From an uncultured Candidatus Saccharimonas sp. (GTDB lineage Bacteria > Patescibacteriota > Saccharimonadia > Saccharimonadales > Saccharimonadaceae): DNA of 49,850 bases. Location: positions 1 through 49,850 of the forward strand of contig CAZHGY010000002.1 in NCBI GenBank assembly GCA_964532235.1. The letters are read 5' to 3'. Shown here one piece after another: positions 33,783-44,186 of this stretch (its first letter is position 1; every line of letters begins with the position of its first letter). The notes below the pieces were generated by a model. The model worked only from the letters and a program-made list of their open reading frames with translations. It did no database searches and had not been told where the DNA came from. The position numbers were made by a program, and so were the translations under genes.

Positions 33783-36095
33783 ATGAAAGAGCTACTAACC
33801 ATTGTTCGTCGCAATTTCGGGTCACCAATTGTTATTGCTATTTTTATCCTAGCCGTAGCATTACTCGCTTTAGGTGAAGGTCGTGACGCATGGTTTATTT
33901 CGTCAGTAATCCTTTTAAATACGACCTTTGCAGTCGCCCAAGAAATAAGGGCTAGGATGGCTTTAAAAAAACTTGAGCTTATGAGTGCGCCGCATGCTCG
34001 TAAGATTAAATCTAACGGCAAGGTTGTTGATATCTTATATGATCAATTGCGCATCGGCGATAATATTAGATTGCAACTTGGCGATGAAGTTCCAGCTGAT
34101 GGATTAATCACTGTCTGTGATGGCCTGGAAGTCGATGAGAGTATTCTAACTGGTGAGTCGGCGCCAATCGATAAGTCGATTGGGGCGTTGGTACTTGCCT
34201 CATGTTCAGTCGTGGCTGGTAGTGCTGAGATGAAAGTTACGGCGGTGAATGCAAATACAAGAATAGGACAGATGACGTCGACATTAAAGCGCTATGAGCC
34301 TGAGCTAACACCCATCCAACACAAAATTTTTCAGGCAATTACAGTATTAACTTATGGTGCGCTTGGTCTGGCAGTGTTGATTTTTGTAATTTACTATTTG
34401 TCTGGTCAAGATGCTGTGAAAATCTTTAAAGTCATTACATCGGCTGCCGTAACAGTTGTACCAGAAGGCCTGCTATTGGCTAGCTCATTATTATTAGCTT
34501 ATGGCTCTATAAGGCTAGCACAAGCCAAAGTGCTGCCACAAAAACTTGCGGCTATTGAAGCTATGGCATTACTAGATATCCTGTGTGTCGATAAAACTGG
34601 TACATTAACGAGCGATAAAATAGCTTTTGAGAAGCTAGAGCTATTTCATGTTACCAAACAGCCGATAGACAAATTAGTTGGCATTGTAGCCCGTGAAACG
34701 AGCGGCGGTAGCAACACGGGATCGGCAATCGCGGCTGGATTGCCTATTGCGGTCGATTACGAAATAATACAGACTTTAGCTTTTTCTTCAGCACGGAAGC
34801 TAAGCGGCTTAAGAGTAAAGGTAGATAATGAGTTATTCAGTGTGGTGATGGGTGCACCAGAGTATGTGTCGAGGTTGGCAAAACTTTCAGATAGCCAACA
34901 ACGTCAGATATCTAAAATGACAAACGATGGCAAGCGTGTTCTACTAGTTGCGACATTCTCAGATACGACAATGTCTTTAAGAAAAATACCAGAAGAATCT
35001 GGGATGGCTGTTGGTATTGTGGTTTTGTCAAACGAGCTGCGTGATGGTGTTCGTGATACAGTTAAGTATCTGCAAGATAATAAAGTCGACATTAGGGTAA
35101 TCAGTGGCGATAGCCCAAATACAGTAAGTTATGTGGCTCGTCAAGCTGGAATTAAGGGGTCTGATATGGTTTTGTCTGGCGCTGAACTTATGAATCTTAG
35201 TAATGATGAATGGGACAGTGTCGTTATGGGTACGACAGTTTTTGCACGTGTCTTGCCAGATCAAAAAGAACGTCTAATCGACACTTTTCGGACAGCTGGT
35301 AAGTTCACTGGTATGGTCGGTGATGGCATTAATGATGCCTTAGCTATAAAAAAGTCCGATTTAGGCGTGGCAATGTATGAAGGAGCGACGGCTACGCGAC
35401 GTGTAGCGGATATTGTCTTGTTAAATAACTCGTTCAACTCCTTTCCAACAGGCATGAAATTGGGTAATCGAATAATGCAAGCAATTGAAATTATCGCTAC
35501 ACTTTTTTTTCATAAGATAATCTACAGTGTCGTATTATTGGTATCAACGTTCATATTACAGATAGCTTATCCATTTGCGCCACGACATATAACCTTTATG
35601 AATATATTCCTAGTAAGTATGCCAACGTTGATGTGGACAGTATTCTCCCCTATCCCGTCTCATAGAGTTTCGCCGAAATATTTCTGGAAAGATACGCTAA
35701 TGGCAGTTATTCCTATTGCGGCAATTTCTGGAGCTGTCGTATCAATCTCTTATGCTTTTTTGAGCGCTATTCATACTAGTGATATTCAGGGGGTTGCTAC
35801 GACGACGGTTATTATTGCTACGTTCCTTGGTGTCTATCTAGTATGGTTAGTGCCAAAAATGTTTAATATAAAAAATAACCGTGAATCTAAATTAGCACGA
35901 TTATTATATGTATTATCCGTAGCCTCCTTGGCCTCAGTGAGCTTTGGCATTGGTTTTGTGCGTGATTTCTTTGACTTCACGACACCAGCTTGGCATAAAG
36001 CCCTGCCTTTACTTGTCCTTATAATTAGCGCAGCGATCTTCCAATGGAAGATCGCTGGTAATGCTGGTTTACGCTTAGCAAAGCGTGAGAGATAA
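33783..36095 (+). CDS. cation-transporting P-type ATPase (HAD-IC family)
   Basis: TGES (LTGESAPI), phosphorylation site CVDKTGTLT, hinge MVGDGINDALA, and about 8-10 TM segments. Confidence 0.9.
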   Translation: MKELLTIVRRNFGSPIVIAIFILAVALLALGEGRDAWFISSVILLNTTFAVAQEIRARMALKKLELMSAPHARKIKSNGKVVDILYDQLRIGDNIRLQLGDEVPADGLITVCDGLEVDESILTGESAPIDKSIGALVLASCSVVAGSAEMKVTAVNANTRIGQMTSTLKRYEPELTPIQHKIFQAITVLTYGALGLAVLIFVIYYLSGQDAVKIFKVITSAAVTVVPEGLLLASSLLLAYGSIRLAQAKVLPQKLAAIEAMALLDILCVDKTGTLTSDKIAFEKLELFHVTKQPIDKLVGIVARETSGGSNTGSAIAAGLPIAVDYEIIQTLAFSSARKLSGLRVKVDNELFSVVMGAPEYVSRLAKLSDSQQRQISKMTNDGKRVLLVATFSDTTMSLRKIPEESGMAVGIVVLSNELRDGVRDTVKYLQDNKVDIRVISGDSPNTVSYVARQAGIKGSDMVLSGAELMNLSNDEWDSVVMGTTVFARVLPDQKERLIDTFRTAGKFTGMVGDGINDALAIKKSDLGVAMYEGATATRRVADIVLLNNSFNSFPTGMKLGNRIMQAIEIIATLFFHKIIYSVVLLVSTFILQIAYPFAPRHITFMNIFLVSMPTLMWTVFSPIPSHRVSPKYFWKDTLMAVIPIAAISGAVVSISYAFLSAIHTSDIQGVATTTVIIATFLGVYLVWLVPKMFNIKNNRESKLARLLYVLSVASLASVSFGIGFVRDFFDFTTPAWHKALPLLVLIISAAIFQWKIAGNAGLRLAKRER

Positions 36096-36100
36096 GCTAC

Positions 36101-36775
36101 TTACTTATTCGCTATGATTTTGCCGTCTCGTAATGTGAAAGTTCGATCGGTTTTGCCGGCGATGTCCATATCATGAGTTACGGCGATGATCGTTACCTTC
36201 TCACTACGTGTTAGGCTATGTAAGAGGTTAAAAATCTTTTTGCCTGTTTCACTATCTAGATTGCCAGTTGGCTCATCAGCCAAAATGAATGAAGGTTTAT
36301 TAGCTAATGCCCGAGCAATTGATACTCGTTGTTGCTGGCCACCGCTTAATCTAGTTGGCTTGCGTAGTTGTTGATTTGCGTCGATTCCAACTTCGTTTAA
36401 CAACTCTTCAGCGCGAGCTTTGCGCTTTTTCGGTGGCATACCGCCAAATTCTAAGGCTAGCATAACGTTCTCTAATGCAGTTAGGTTTGGTATTAAATTG
36501 TAATATTGAAACACAAAACCAATTTTCTTCGCTCGATACTCAGTCTGCTTCTTGTCTGATAATTTAGCTATATCCTCGCCATCAACTTCGATCGTGCCGC
36601 TAGTTGGCTTATCTAGTGCACCAAGCATGCTTAGCAAAGTACTTTTACCGCTTCCTGACTTGCCGATAATGCTGGCAAATTCACCAGTGTCAACGGACAA
36701 GCTTACGCCATTTAAGGCTGCAACTTCACCGCTCGGACTGTTAAATATCTTTGAAAGGTTTTTTACTACTAACAT
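36101..36775 (-). CDS. ABC transporter ATP-binding protein (MacB/FtsE-like)
   Basis: Walker [10 protein letters not shown], signature LSGGQQQRV, Walker [13 protein letters not shown]. Confidence 0.9.
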   Translation of the reverse strand: MLVVKNLSKIFNSPSGEVAALNGVSLSVDTGEFASIIGKSGSGKSTLLSMLGALDKPTSGTIEVDGEDIAKLSDKKQTEYRAKKIGFVFQYYNLIPNLTALENVMLALEFGGMPPKKRKARAEELLNEVGIDANQQLRKPTRLSGGQQQRVSIARALANKPSFILADEPTGNLDSETGKKIFNLLHSLTRSEKVTIIAVTHDMDIAGKTDRTFTLRDGKIIANK

Positions 36776-36783
36776 ACTTTCTC

Positions 36784-38127
36784 CTACTCCGTCCTCAGCA
36801 CTTCAGCTGGTCGAATCTTTGCGATGAACCAAGCTGGAATTGCGCTGCCGATTATTGCTATTAGGAAGGTCATTCCGACTGCGGTAATGAACACGGTTGG
36901 TGTTACGCTGCTGGTAACTGATGTAAAGTTTTTTCTAATCTGTTGCATTCCTCCTTGGAATGCGCCGCCAGGGCCACCAGCAGTCTTTGTCATTGGTGAT
37001 GAAGATGAAGAGCCACTACTGACTAATGACGTTGTCATTGGGCCACTAACTAGCACGCCAAAGGTCAGCCCAATGATTGCGCCAATTACGGTTAGTGTTA
37101 GTGCCTCGGTCATGAATTGCAATACGACTTTTCGATTTGAGCCACCGATAGCTTTTATAACACCGATCTCATGTCGTCGTTCACGGACGATCATGATCAT
37201 TGCAAGTAATACGATTGCGGCCCCTGCTACAGATGCGCCAATTACGCCGGCCATTGCAAGTGATGCAATACTCTTTAATGATGTTACAGTTGTTTCAGCT
37301 TGTTCGGCTTCGCTAGTGATATCAGCTGCGTCGCCAAGTGCCTTTTTGAGCGCCGTGACGGTTTTGCTAACATTATCGCTACTATCAACTGTGGCTATAA
37401 CACTGTTTACGTCGCCGACTTGATCCGTTAAGTTCTGGACAGTTGCAAGTGGCATTAACAGCCCGCTATCCTGGAAAGTGTTACCCGTCTCGAATATACC
37501 TACAACAGTAATCGTTAAATCGTAGGCGGTAAATGTGCTGCCGACCTTTAGACTGTTTTTTGTAGCCAATGTTGCACCGACAATGGCGACTAGATCGCTA
37601 CTACTACCGTCGAAAGTTGTTCCGCTGGTAATATCTAGGTCACTACCATCGGTTGAATAAGTATTTGGATCAGTAGTGCCTGTCACTGTAGTTCGAGCAG
37701 CTGGCGGAGTTCTGGTCTCGGTCGTTGATATTGATGGCAAACTGCTAGATGAGCCACCCTCAAAACGTTGCTGACGTTCACCAAAACTTCCGAGTTCGAG
37801 TGATGCAGTTAAACTGGTATCATCAGAACTCATCTGATCACTTAGCGTTGCTGAAACGCTTGCGATATGTGCTACGCTTTCTATAGTTGTAATCTGTGTA
37901 CTAGTCAATGGGTCGCCACCGCCTTCGAAACCATGGACCCCCGCTGGGCTAATTGTAATACTTGTTCCGTTAGTCGATTTAACCTCGGCTATCTTGGCAT
38001 TCACGCTACTTCTGGCTACAAGCATGCTTAATACTAGACCAATACTGATTGCTAGCATTAAGACAATGGCACCCGATCTTAGCGGACTACGTAGGGCGTT
38101 TTTGATGCCACGTGTTGCTACATTCAT
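36784..38127 (-). CDS. ABC transporter permease, MacB/FtsX family, with a Ser/Thr-rich extracytoplasmic domain
   Basis: N-terminal TM helix, then a low-complexity S/T/G-rich external region, then a C-terminal FtsX bundle (RERRHEIGVIKAIGGSNRKVVLQFMTEA). Confidence 0.85.
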   Translation of the reverse strand: MNVATRGIKNALRSPLRSGAIVLMLAISIGLVLSMLVARSSVNAKIAEVKSTNGTSITISPAGVHGFEGGGDPLTSTQITTIESVAHIASVSATLSDQMSSDDTSLTASLELGSFGERQQRFEGGSSSSLPSISTTETRTPPAARTTVTGTTDPNTYSTDGSDLDITSGTTFDGSSSDLVAIVGATLATKNSLKVGSTFTAYDLTITVVGIFETGNTFQDSGLLMPLATVQNLTDQVGDVNSVIATVDSSDNVSKTVTALKKALGDAADITSEAEQAETTVTSLKSIASLAMAGVIGASVAGAAIVLLAMIMIVRERRHEIGVIKAIGGSNRKVVLQFMTEALTLTVIGAIIGLTFGVLVSGPMTTSLVSSGSSSSSPMTKTAGGPGGAFQGGMQQIRKNFTSVTSSVTPTVFITAVGMTFLIAIIGSAIPAWFIAKIRPAEVLRTE

Positions 38128-38214
38128 TTCTTCCTCCTGCCATATCTATATATTAAATGGCTTTAATTTATATTTTGTACTATCCCAGACTATAAAATTT
38201 ATCTGAGTTTTTGC

Positions 38215-39213
38215 TTAGACACTATATGCTATAGGGACTTCAAAAGTGAATATCGTTGCATGCTCTAGCTCACTACTAACAGTCAATTTACCATTATGCA
38301 TATCAATAATTCTTTTAGCTAATGACAATCCAAGCCCATATCCCTTTTGCTCACCACCAGTTCGTGAAGAATCAGCGCGATAAAAACGTTCGAAAATATG
38401 CGGCAGCTTATCAGCTTCAATTCCATGCCCAGTATTTATGATCTCGAATGTGGCGTTCTTTTCGTCGGTTGATATATTTATAGAAACTAGCGAATCCTTT
38501 GGACTATATTGCAAAGCATTCTCTATCAAAACTTTTATTAGGTCGGATATCGCAGGTTCGTTGCAGTTTGCAATAATTTTTTTTGAAGCCGTCAATTGAA
38601 TACGGTCTGCTGGCACTTTTAATTCTTTGATAATATCGCGAGTCGTATCGGCAATATTAGTCGATTTCATCTTTAATTTTACGGTATCAAGCCGTGATAG
38701 ATTTAATAACATCTCGGCAAGCTTTGATAATTTATCGACTTCTTCTAAATTACTTGATAAGATATCACGCAAATCTTGAGTACTTGCCGACTTATCACGC
38801 AGGGCAACTTCAATTTCGGTTTTCATTACGGCTAATGGTGTGCGAAGTTCGTGGCTCGCATCGCTCGTAAATCGTGACTCTTCTTCGTGAGCTTTTTCAA
38901 TTGGCTTTAAACTGTGCCTTGCAAGATAATAACTTATAAAACCACCAGCGATGAATATTATAATATTAACGTATAGCAAATTAAGAGATAAATTAGATTT
39001 AGCCTTGGCTGTTTCGATCTTTGTGTAATTGCCTATGCCAAATGGTTTGGGTGGTGTTACACCGGATTGCTCGATGTTGGTTTGGAAATGTTCGATTCGA
39101 GCTTGGACTTCATTTGTCGTGATATTATAAATAGCCGCGCTAAAAACAATACTTAGCGTCATGATTACTGCTAAATACCATCCAGTTAATCTTATGGTTG
39201 TTGATTTAAACAT
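38215..39213 (-). CDS. sensor histidine kinase (HisKA plus HATPase_c)
   Basis: Two N-terminal TM helices, H-box FTSDASHELRTPL, N-box ENALQYS, and G-boxes NTGHGI and GYGLGLSL. Confidence 0.85.
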   Translation of the reverse strand: MFKSTTIRLTGWYLAVIMTLSIVFSAAIYNITTNEVQARIEHFQTNIEQSGVTPPKPFGIGNYTKIETAKAKSNLSLNLLYVNIIIFIAGGFISYYLARHSLKPIEKAHEEESRFTSDASHELRTPLAVMKTEIEVALRDKSASTQDLRDILSSNLEEVDKLSKLAEMLLNLSRLDTVKLKMKSTNIADTTRDIIKELKVPADRIQLTASKKIIANCNEPAISDLIKVLIENALQYSPKDSLVSINISTDEKNATFEIINTGHGIEADKLPHIFERFYRADSSRTGGEQKGYGLGLSLAKRIIDMHNGKLTVSSELEHATIFTFEVPIAYSV

Positions 39214-39225
39214 GTCAGATCATTC

Positions 39226-39900
39226 CTAATCGGCCTCGATTTTATAGCCAAAGCCACGCATGGTTTGGATGAGTTGTTTGACAAATGGCTCATCGACTTT
39301 TTGTCGGAGGTACTTAACGTAGACTTCGACGGTATTTGGCAATACATCTGCATCGTAGTTCCAAATATGACTAATAATCATATCTTTGCTGCACGGCTTA
39401 CCCTGATTACGTAGCAGATATTCAAGCAAGGCAAACTCCTTGCCTGTTAAATTAATTTCTTTATTACCGCGCTTTACGATGCAGGTTGTTGTATTTAATG
39501 ATAGATCGCTAGCTGTTAATACGGTTTGTTGCATTTCAACTGGGCGACGTAATAAAGCTCTAACTCTCGCAAGCAGCTCGTCTAAAGCGAATGGTTTTGT
39601 TAAATAGTCGTCGGCTCCAGCGTCAAGACCACTAGTTTTATTGGATAGCGATGACTTTGCTGTCAAGACTAGGACGGGTATATGAATCTTTTGTTTTCGC
39701 ATAGCCTTTACAATTTCGATGCCATTATATTGACCTGGCAACATCCAGTCGATAATTGCCAAATCATAAGGCTCGGTAGTGGCCATAGCATATCCATCAT
39801 TGCCATCGAAAGATATATCAACCGCAAAGTTCTCTTGCTGTAGCGCTTTTTTGAGCGCTTGTGCTATTTTATGTTCGTCTTCGATAACTAATATTCTCAT
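39226..39900 (-). CDS. OmpR-family response regulator
   Basis: Receiver domain (MRILVIEDE, DLAIIDWMLPG, LTAK) and a winged-helix C-terminal domain (LTGKEFALLEYL..VEVYVKYLRQK..RGFGY). Confidence 0.9.
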   Translation of the reverse strand: MRILVIEDEHKIAQALKKALQQENFAVDISFDGNDGYAMATTEPYDLAIIDWMLPGQYNGIEIVKAMRKQKIHIPVLVLTAKSSLSNKTSGLDAGADDYLTKPFALDELLARVRALLRRPVEMQQTVLTASDLSLNTTTCIVKRGNKEINLTGKEFALLEYLLRNQGKPCSKDMIISHIWNYDADVLPNTVEVYVKYLRQKVDEPFVKQLIQTMRGFGYKIEAD

Positions 39901-39972
39901 AATGTCATTATACAGCTACTAAACTTAAAGTTTGCTGAATAGTATATAAAGTTTTCTTTCTTGTGATTAGTG

Positions 39973-39978
39973 TATAAT
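39973..39978 (+). promoter_or_regulatory. candidate -10 box (TATAAT) only 7 nt upstream of the AI-2E transporter ATG (possible leaderless transcript)
   Basis: tgtataat at 39971-39978, with the ATG at 39986. No SD is possible in the gap. Confidence 0.3.
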
Positions 39979-39985
39979 ATATATT

Positions 39986-41110
39986 ATGAACGTAAAAATA
40001 GAAATTGATACGAAAACGTTTGTTAGATTTTGGCTGGTTGTAATTGGTTTCGTTGTAGCAGCTTTTGTAATCTATAGTGCTCGAACAGCATTAATTATTA
40101 TAGGCTCAGCAATCTTCTTGGCCATTACTCTAAGTATGCCAGTTAACAAATTAGTAAAAGTACTACCTAGTAGGAGCCGTGTTTTAAGCACAGCATTGGC
40201 GTATGTGGCAGTAGTGCTGGCTATAGGAGCTTTCGTACTCTTGGCTGTGCCGCCTATTATTCAGCAGACTGCAAAATTGGCCCAGACGGTGCCGTCATTA
40301 GTCGATACTGCTACAACACAATATTCTGGTATTAATAAATTTATAGAGAAGAATAATCTGCAAGATCAGTTTGATGAGGTTGTGACTTCGATAAAGGATA
40401 GCGCTGTTAATTTTGCTCAAGACCTAGGATCGAACGTTATTGGTGGTATTGGTTCGTTATTATCATTGATTGTGTCTGGTATTATGGTCTTTGTTTTGAC
40501 ATTTCTAATCTTGGTCGAAGGTCCAACTTGGTTGGGGCGCTTATGGTCGGCATTTAGTGACCAGAACCAAATGGAATCAGCTCGCAATATACTCACAAGG
40601 ATGTATAACGTGGTTACTAGCTACGTATCTGGTCAGCTAGTAGTCTCATCTATTGCTGGATTAGTTGCGGGGATCATGGTTCTAATATTGAGTTTCTTGT
40701 TTAGTGTCCCGATTAATTTAGCGATTCCGTCAGTAGCCATTGTTTTTGTATTCTCGTTAATTCCAATGTTCGGTTCTACGATTGGAGCAGTTATTATTAC
40801 AACCGTATTGGCGTTGAATGATTTTAAGGCGGCGCTAATTTTTCTAGGTTTGTTCGTTATTTATCAGCAGATTGAAGGTAATTTCATTTCGCCAAAGATT
40901 CAGTCAAAGAAGATTGATCTATCAGCTCTGGCAATATTAATTGCAGTTGTCATTGGCGTATATCTGTTTGGCATTGCAGGTGGCATTATATCTATTCCAA
41001 TCGCTGGCTGCATTAAAGTACTAGCTGACGATTATTTTATGCGTGTTAAAAAAAGTCGAGTTAGCAATAAAAAGAATAGTGATTTGATTAATGCGATCTC
41101 GACGAAATAG
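39986..41110 (+). CDS. AI-2E family transporter (PerM-like permease)
   Basis: About 8 TM helices with the family-typical LIPMFGSTIGAV and QQIEGNFISPK segments. Confidence 0.8.
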   Translation: MNVKIEIDTKTFVRFWLVVIGFVVAAFVIYSARTALIIIGSAIFLAITLSMPVNKLVKVLPSRSRVLSTALAYVAVVLAIGAFVLLAVPPIIQQTAKLAQTVPSLVDTATTQYSGINKFIEKNNLQDQFDEVVTSIKDSAVNFAQDLGSNVIGGIGSLLSLIVSGIMVFVLTFLILVEGPTWLGRLWSAFSDQNQMESARNILTRMYNVVTSYVSGQLVVSSIAGLVAGIMVLILSFLFSVPINLAIPSVAIVFVFSLIPMFGSTIGAVIITTVLALNDFKAALIFLGLFVIYQQIEGNFISPKIQSKKIDLSALAILIAVVIGVYLFGIAGGIISIPIAGCIKVLADDYFMRVKKSRVSNKKNSDLINAISTK

Positions 41111-41115
41111 CTAAT

Positions 41116-42579
41116 TTAGTTGAGATATTCCCAAATACTATCTTCGGCAGTGTCACGAACAACAATCCCCTGGCTCAATAACTGATCTCTTAGCTTATCT
41201 GACTTTGCCCAATTCTTCTGGCTTCTCGCTAGGCTTCTTTGAATCATAATCTGCTTGGCATCGTCTGATATATCTGGCGTATTATTACTGATTAGCTGTA
41301 GTCCGAGGACTGAGTCGATAGTCTCTAAGAGTTGTACCAATGCTGGTCGGTTAATATTGGATAGCTTTGCGTTAATTACATCTGAAAATATCTCGTCGAC
41401 TATTTTTAGGGCATCAGGTGTACCTAGGTCATTATTAACGGCTTCAATAACGGCTTGTGATGCTGCAAATAAAGCGACAGACCTGTCATTATTTGGCTGA
41501 TCATCAGACTTGCTGTGAATCTGATGACGAATAGCTGCGATATTACGCCAGTTGTGTAGTCGGTTCTTGGCGGATTGTATGTTCTCGAATGTAAAATTGC
41601 CCTCGCTGCGATAATGACCCTGCAAGATGAACATCCGAAAGTCCATCATCGAGAAACCCTTAGCCTCAATATCATCAAGAGTGTAGATGTTATCTAGTGA
41701 CTTGCTTATCTTTTTTCCGTTAGACTTAATAAAATTATTATGTAGCCAAAAATTACTAAATTTAACACCATTAGCAGATTCTGATTGTGCAATCTCGTTG
41801 GTATGATGTACTGGTAGGTGATCGATACCACCGCAATGGATATCAAGCGTATCACCAAGGAAGTTTTTGGCTATAGCCGAACATTCAATATGCCAACCAG
41901 GGAAACCCATAACTGGTTCTGCATTATCAGCTTTATCGATAAGATCAGTCGGTGTCGGCCATTCCATATCACGATTCTCGCCGGCTGGTGTAAACTTCCA
42001 TAATGCAAAATCGGTAGCATTCCTCTTTTCCTTATTGAACTCAACTCTAGCCCCTGCCTTTAGCCCCTTTAAATCCAAGTGTGCTAGGTTGGCGTAAGTT
42101 GGAAATTTGGAAGTGTCAAAATAAATACCGTCGTTTGTCTGATAAGTATAACCTTTTTCCTTTAGCACTCTGATCATATCAAGTTGTCGTGGTATAAAAT
42201 CGGTTGCTCTTGCTATATACTTTGGCGTAATCAGGCCAAGTCGCTTCATACCTCGTAGAAAAACGTCGGTATAGAATTTAGCTATCTCCCAGGCACTCTT
42301 ACCTTCACGTTTTGCACCTTTCTCTAGTTTATCTTCACCCTCATCAGCATCGCTTGTTAAATGTCCAACATCGGTAATATTCATTGCTCGAATAACTTCA
42401 TAATTATTAGCCATCAAGATTCTAACCAAGGTATCCCAGTATATATAAGCTGCCCAATTACCGATGTGTGGATAATAATAGACAGTTGGGCCGCAGGTAT
42501 AGATGGTAACTTTACCTTTAGTTTGTGAAACGAATTCATCCACTTGTCCAGTGAGCGTGTTATATAATTTTAGTGTCAT
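41116..42579 (-). CDS. cysS: cysteine--tRNA ligase
   Basis: Class I motifs HIGN (YYPHIGNWAAY) and KMSKS variant (GKKISKSL). Also NITDVGHL and GWHIECSA (Zn/Cys-binding region). Confidence 0.95.
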   Translation of the reverse strand: MTLKLYNTLTGQVDEFVSQTKGKVTIYTCGPTVYYYPHIGNWAAYIYWDTLVRILMANNYEVIRAMNITDVGHLTSDADEGEDKLEKGAKREGKSAWEIAKFYTDVFLRGMKRLGLITPKYIARATDFIPRQLDMIRVLKEKGYTYQTNDGIYFDTSKFPTYANLAHLDLKGLKAGARVEFNKEKRNATDFALWKFTPAGENRDMEWPTPTDLIDKADNAEPVMGFPGWHIECSAIAKNFLGDTLDIHCGGIDHLPVHHTNEIAQSESANGVKFSNFWLHNNFIKSNGKKISKSLDNIYTLDDIEAKGFSMMDFRMFILQGHYRSEGNFTFENIQSAKNRLHNWRNIAAIRHQIHSKSDDQPNNDRSVALFAASQAVIEAVNNDLGTPDALKIVDEIFSDVINAKLSNINRPALVQLLETIDSVLGLQLISNNTPDISDDAKQIMIQRSLARSQKNWAKSDKLRDQLLSQGIVVRDTAEDSIWEYLN

Positions 42580-43562
42580 TATTTGCTCTCTTTTATTGCT
42601 TTATCGGTTGCTGTTATTAACTCTGGAATAATTGTATCAATTGATTCATAAACACGAAAGCCTGCGGCATATTCATGACCACCGCCACCAAAATAGCCAG
42701 CGATCATTGCTGATACTGGTATATTACTGCGCAATTTCCCAGTTAGTCGGCCATCGGGGTATGTTTTGATTGCTACACCAACCTCGACACCTTCAACTAG
42801 TCTCATCTCGTCTAAGACTAGCATGCTAGGATTGTACTTGTCGCTGTAAGCTCGAATCTCTTCAAATGGTATTCTAATTAACGCTAATTTACCGTCTAGA
42901 AAGTATTCGATTCTTTCGATAAGCTGGCCTTTATATTTTAAGATTTCGGCCGATTTTTTCATGTATTCACGTCGGCGCATCTCAGCATCATAGTTGTTCG
43001 CGCCAAGCTCAGTTAGTTTGCCAGCAATAAAAAATGTCTCTGGTGTCACGCTTTTAACTGTTAATCCTAAACTGTCGCTCATTAATGCAATTAATAGGTT
43101 TTCGGCAGCTGACTTATTAATAGTCCAACCACTATTCATTGATAGATTATATATAACCTCGCCAGTTGCGACTGCAGTATCATCATTTAACAGTGTGTGC
43201 GTAAATGACAGATTGGATTTACTAACGTGATGATCGATCGCTAAAACCTTATTAATTTCTAGATAGCTGCGTATACCAGGAGTTTCTAATACTTTTGTTA
43301 ATAAAATATCCGCAGTAGTGTCGACAATAATAGCTAAATCGGCCGATGAGTCAAAATCACTAACAATACGATCCCAACCGTTAATATAGCGCATATATTT
43401 TGGTATCTCGACTGGACAGTATAATATTACTTGTTTACCTAAATCGCCTAATATCTCTTCTAACGCTAAAGCGCTCCCAAGTGAGTCGCCGTCAGGGTTC
43501 TCGGCCTGAATGATAATAACCTTAGACGCAGATTTAATCATTTCGGTTGCTAAATCGTACAT
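42579..43562 (-). CDS. DHH/DHHA1 family phosphoesterase (NrnA-like)
   Basis: DGDSLGSALAL, IVDT, IDHHVS and GGGHEYAAGF motifs in the canonical order. It overlaps its neighbours by 1 nt at each end. Confidence 0.8.
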   Translation of the reverse strand: MYDLATEMIKSASKVIIIQAENPDGDSLGSALALEEILGDLGKQVILYCPVEIPKYMRYINGWDRIVSDFDSSADLAIIVDTTADILLTKVLETPGIRSYLEINKVLAIDHHVSKSNLSFTHTLLNDDTAVATGEVIYNLSMNSGWTINKSAAENLLIALMSDSLGLTVKSVTPETFFIAGKLTELGANNYDAEMRRREYMKKSAEILKYKGQLIERIEYFLDGKLALIRIPFEEIRAYSDKYNPSMLVLDEMRLVEGVEVGVAIKTYPDGRLTGKLRSNIPVSAMIAGYFGGGGHEYAAGFRVYESIDTIIPELITATDKAIKESK

Positions 43563-44176
43563 TAAAAGTCCCTCCTACCCTCAAGAGCGTGCGTTAATGT
43601 TATTTGACTGGCATATTCTAAGTCAACTCCAACTGGAATACCACGAGCAAGTCGTGTGATTTTTGTATCAATTCCAGCCTCGATGATATTATGCTGCAAA
43701 AATATTGCAGTTGACTCACCTTCTACGCTGGCGTTGGTAGCAAGTATTATCTCTTTAACTTTATCTTTTTTTATCCTATGGATTAACTCGGGAATATGTA
43801 GCTGTTCAGGCCCTACGCCATCGATAGGGCTAATAGCTCCACCTAAGACATGGTAGGTGCCATTATATTGACCAGTCCGTTCAATAGACACAATATCCAG
43901 AGGCTCTTCAACTACAGCAATTGTTGTCTTGTCGCGTGCTGGATCGCTATACAATGTTGAAACATCTTCGTCTGTATTAATCAATGCGAATGTAATTGGG
44001 CAGCTTTTAACATTATCATGTAGTTTTGCGATCGATTCGGATAGTTTCATGCAGATGTGATTATCAGCGCGTAGCAAAAAATATGCGTAGCGTTCAGCTG
44101 TGCGCTCACCTACACCTGGCAATCGGCCAAGCTCATCAATAGCGTTCACTAGCGCCAATGGAAGTAATTGCGACAA
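43562..44176 (-). CDS. recR: recombination protein RecR (zinc-finger cysteines mostly absent)
   Basis: The HhH N-terminus LGRLPGVGERTAERYAYFLL and the Toprim/C-terminal region (IAVVEEPLDIVSIERTGQYNGTYHVLGG, ILATNASVEGESTA) are present. Only one Cys lies where the CxxC..CxxC finger normally sits. Confidence 0.9.
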   Translation of the reverse strand: MSQLLPLALVNAIDELGRLPGVGERTAERYAYFLLRADNHICMKLSESIAKLHDNVKSCPITFALINTDEDVSTLYSDPARDKTTIAVVEEPLDIVSIERTGQYNGTYHVLGGAISPIDGVGPEQLHIPELIHRIKKDKVKEIILATNASVEGESTAIFLQHNIIEAGIDTKITRLARGIPVGVDLEYASQITLTHALEGRRDF

Positions 44177-44186
44177 TATTTTGCTC

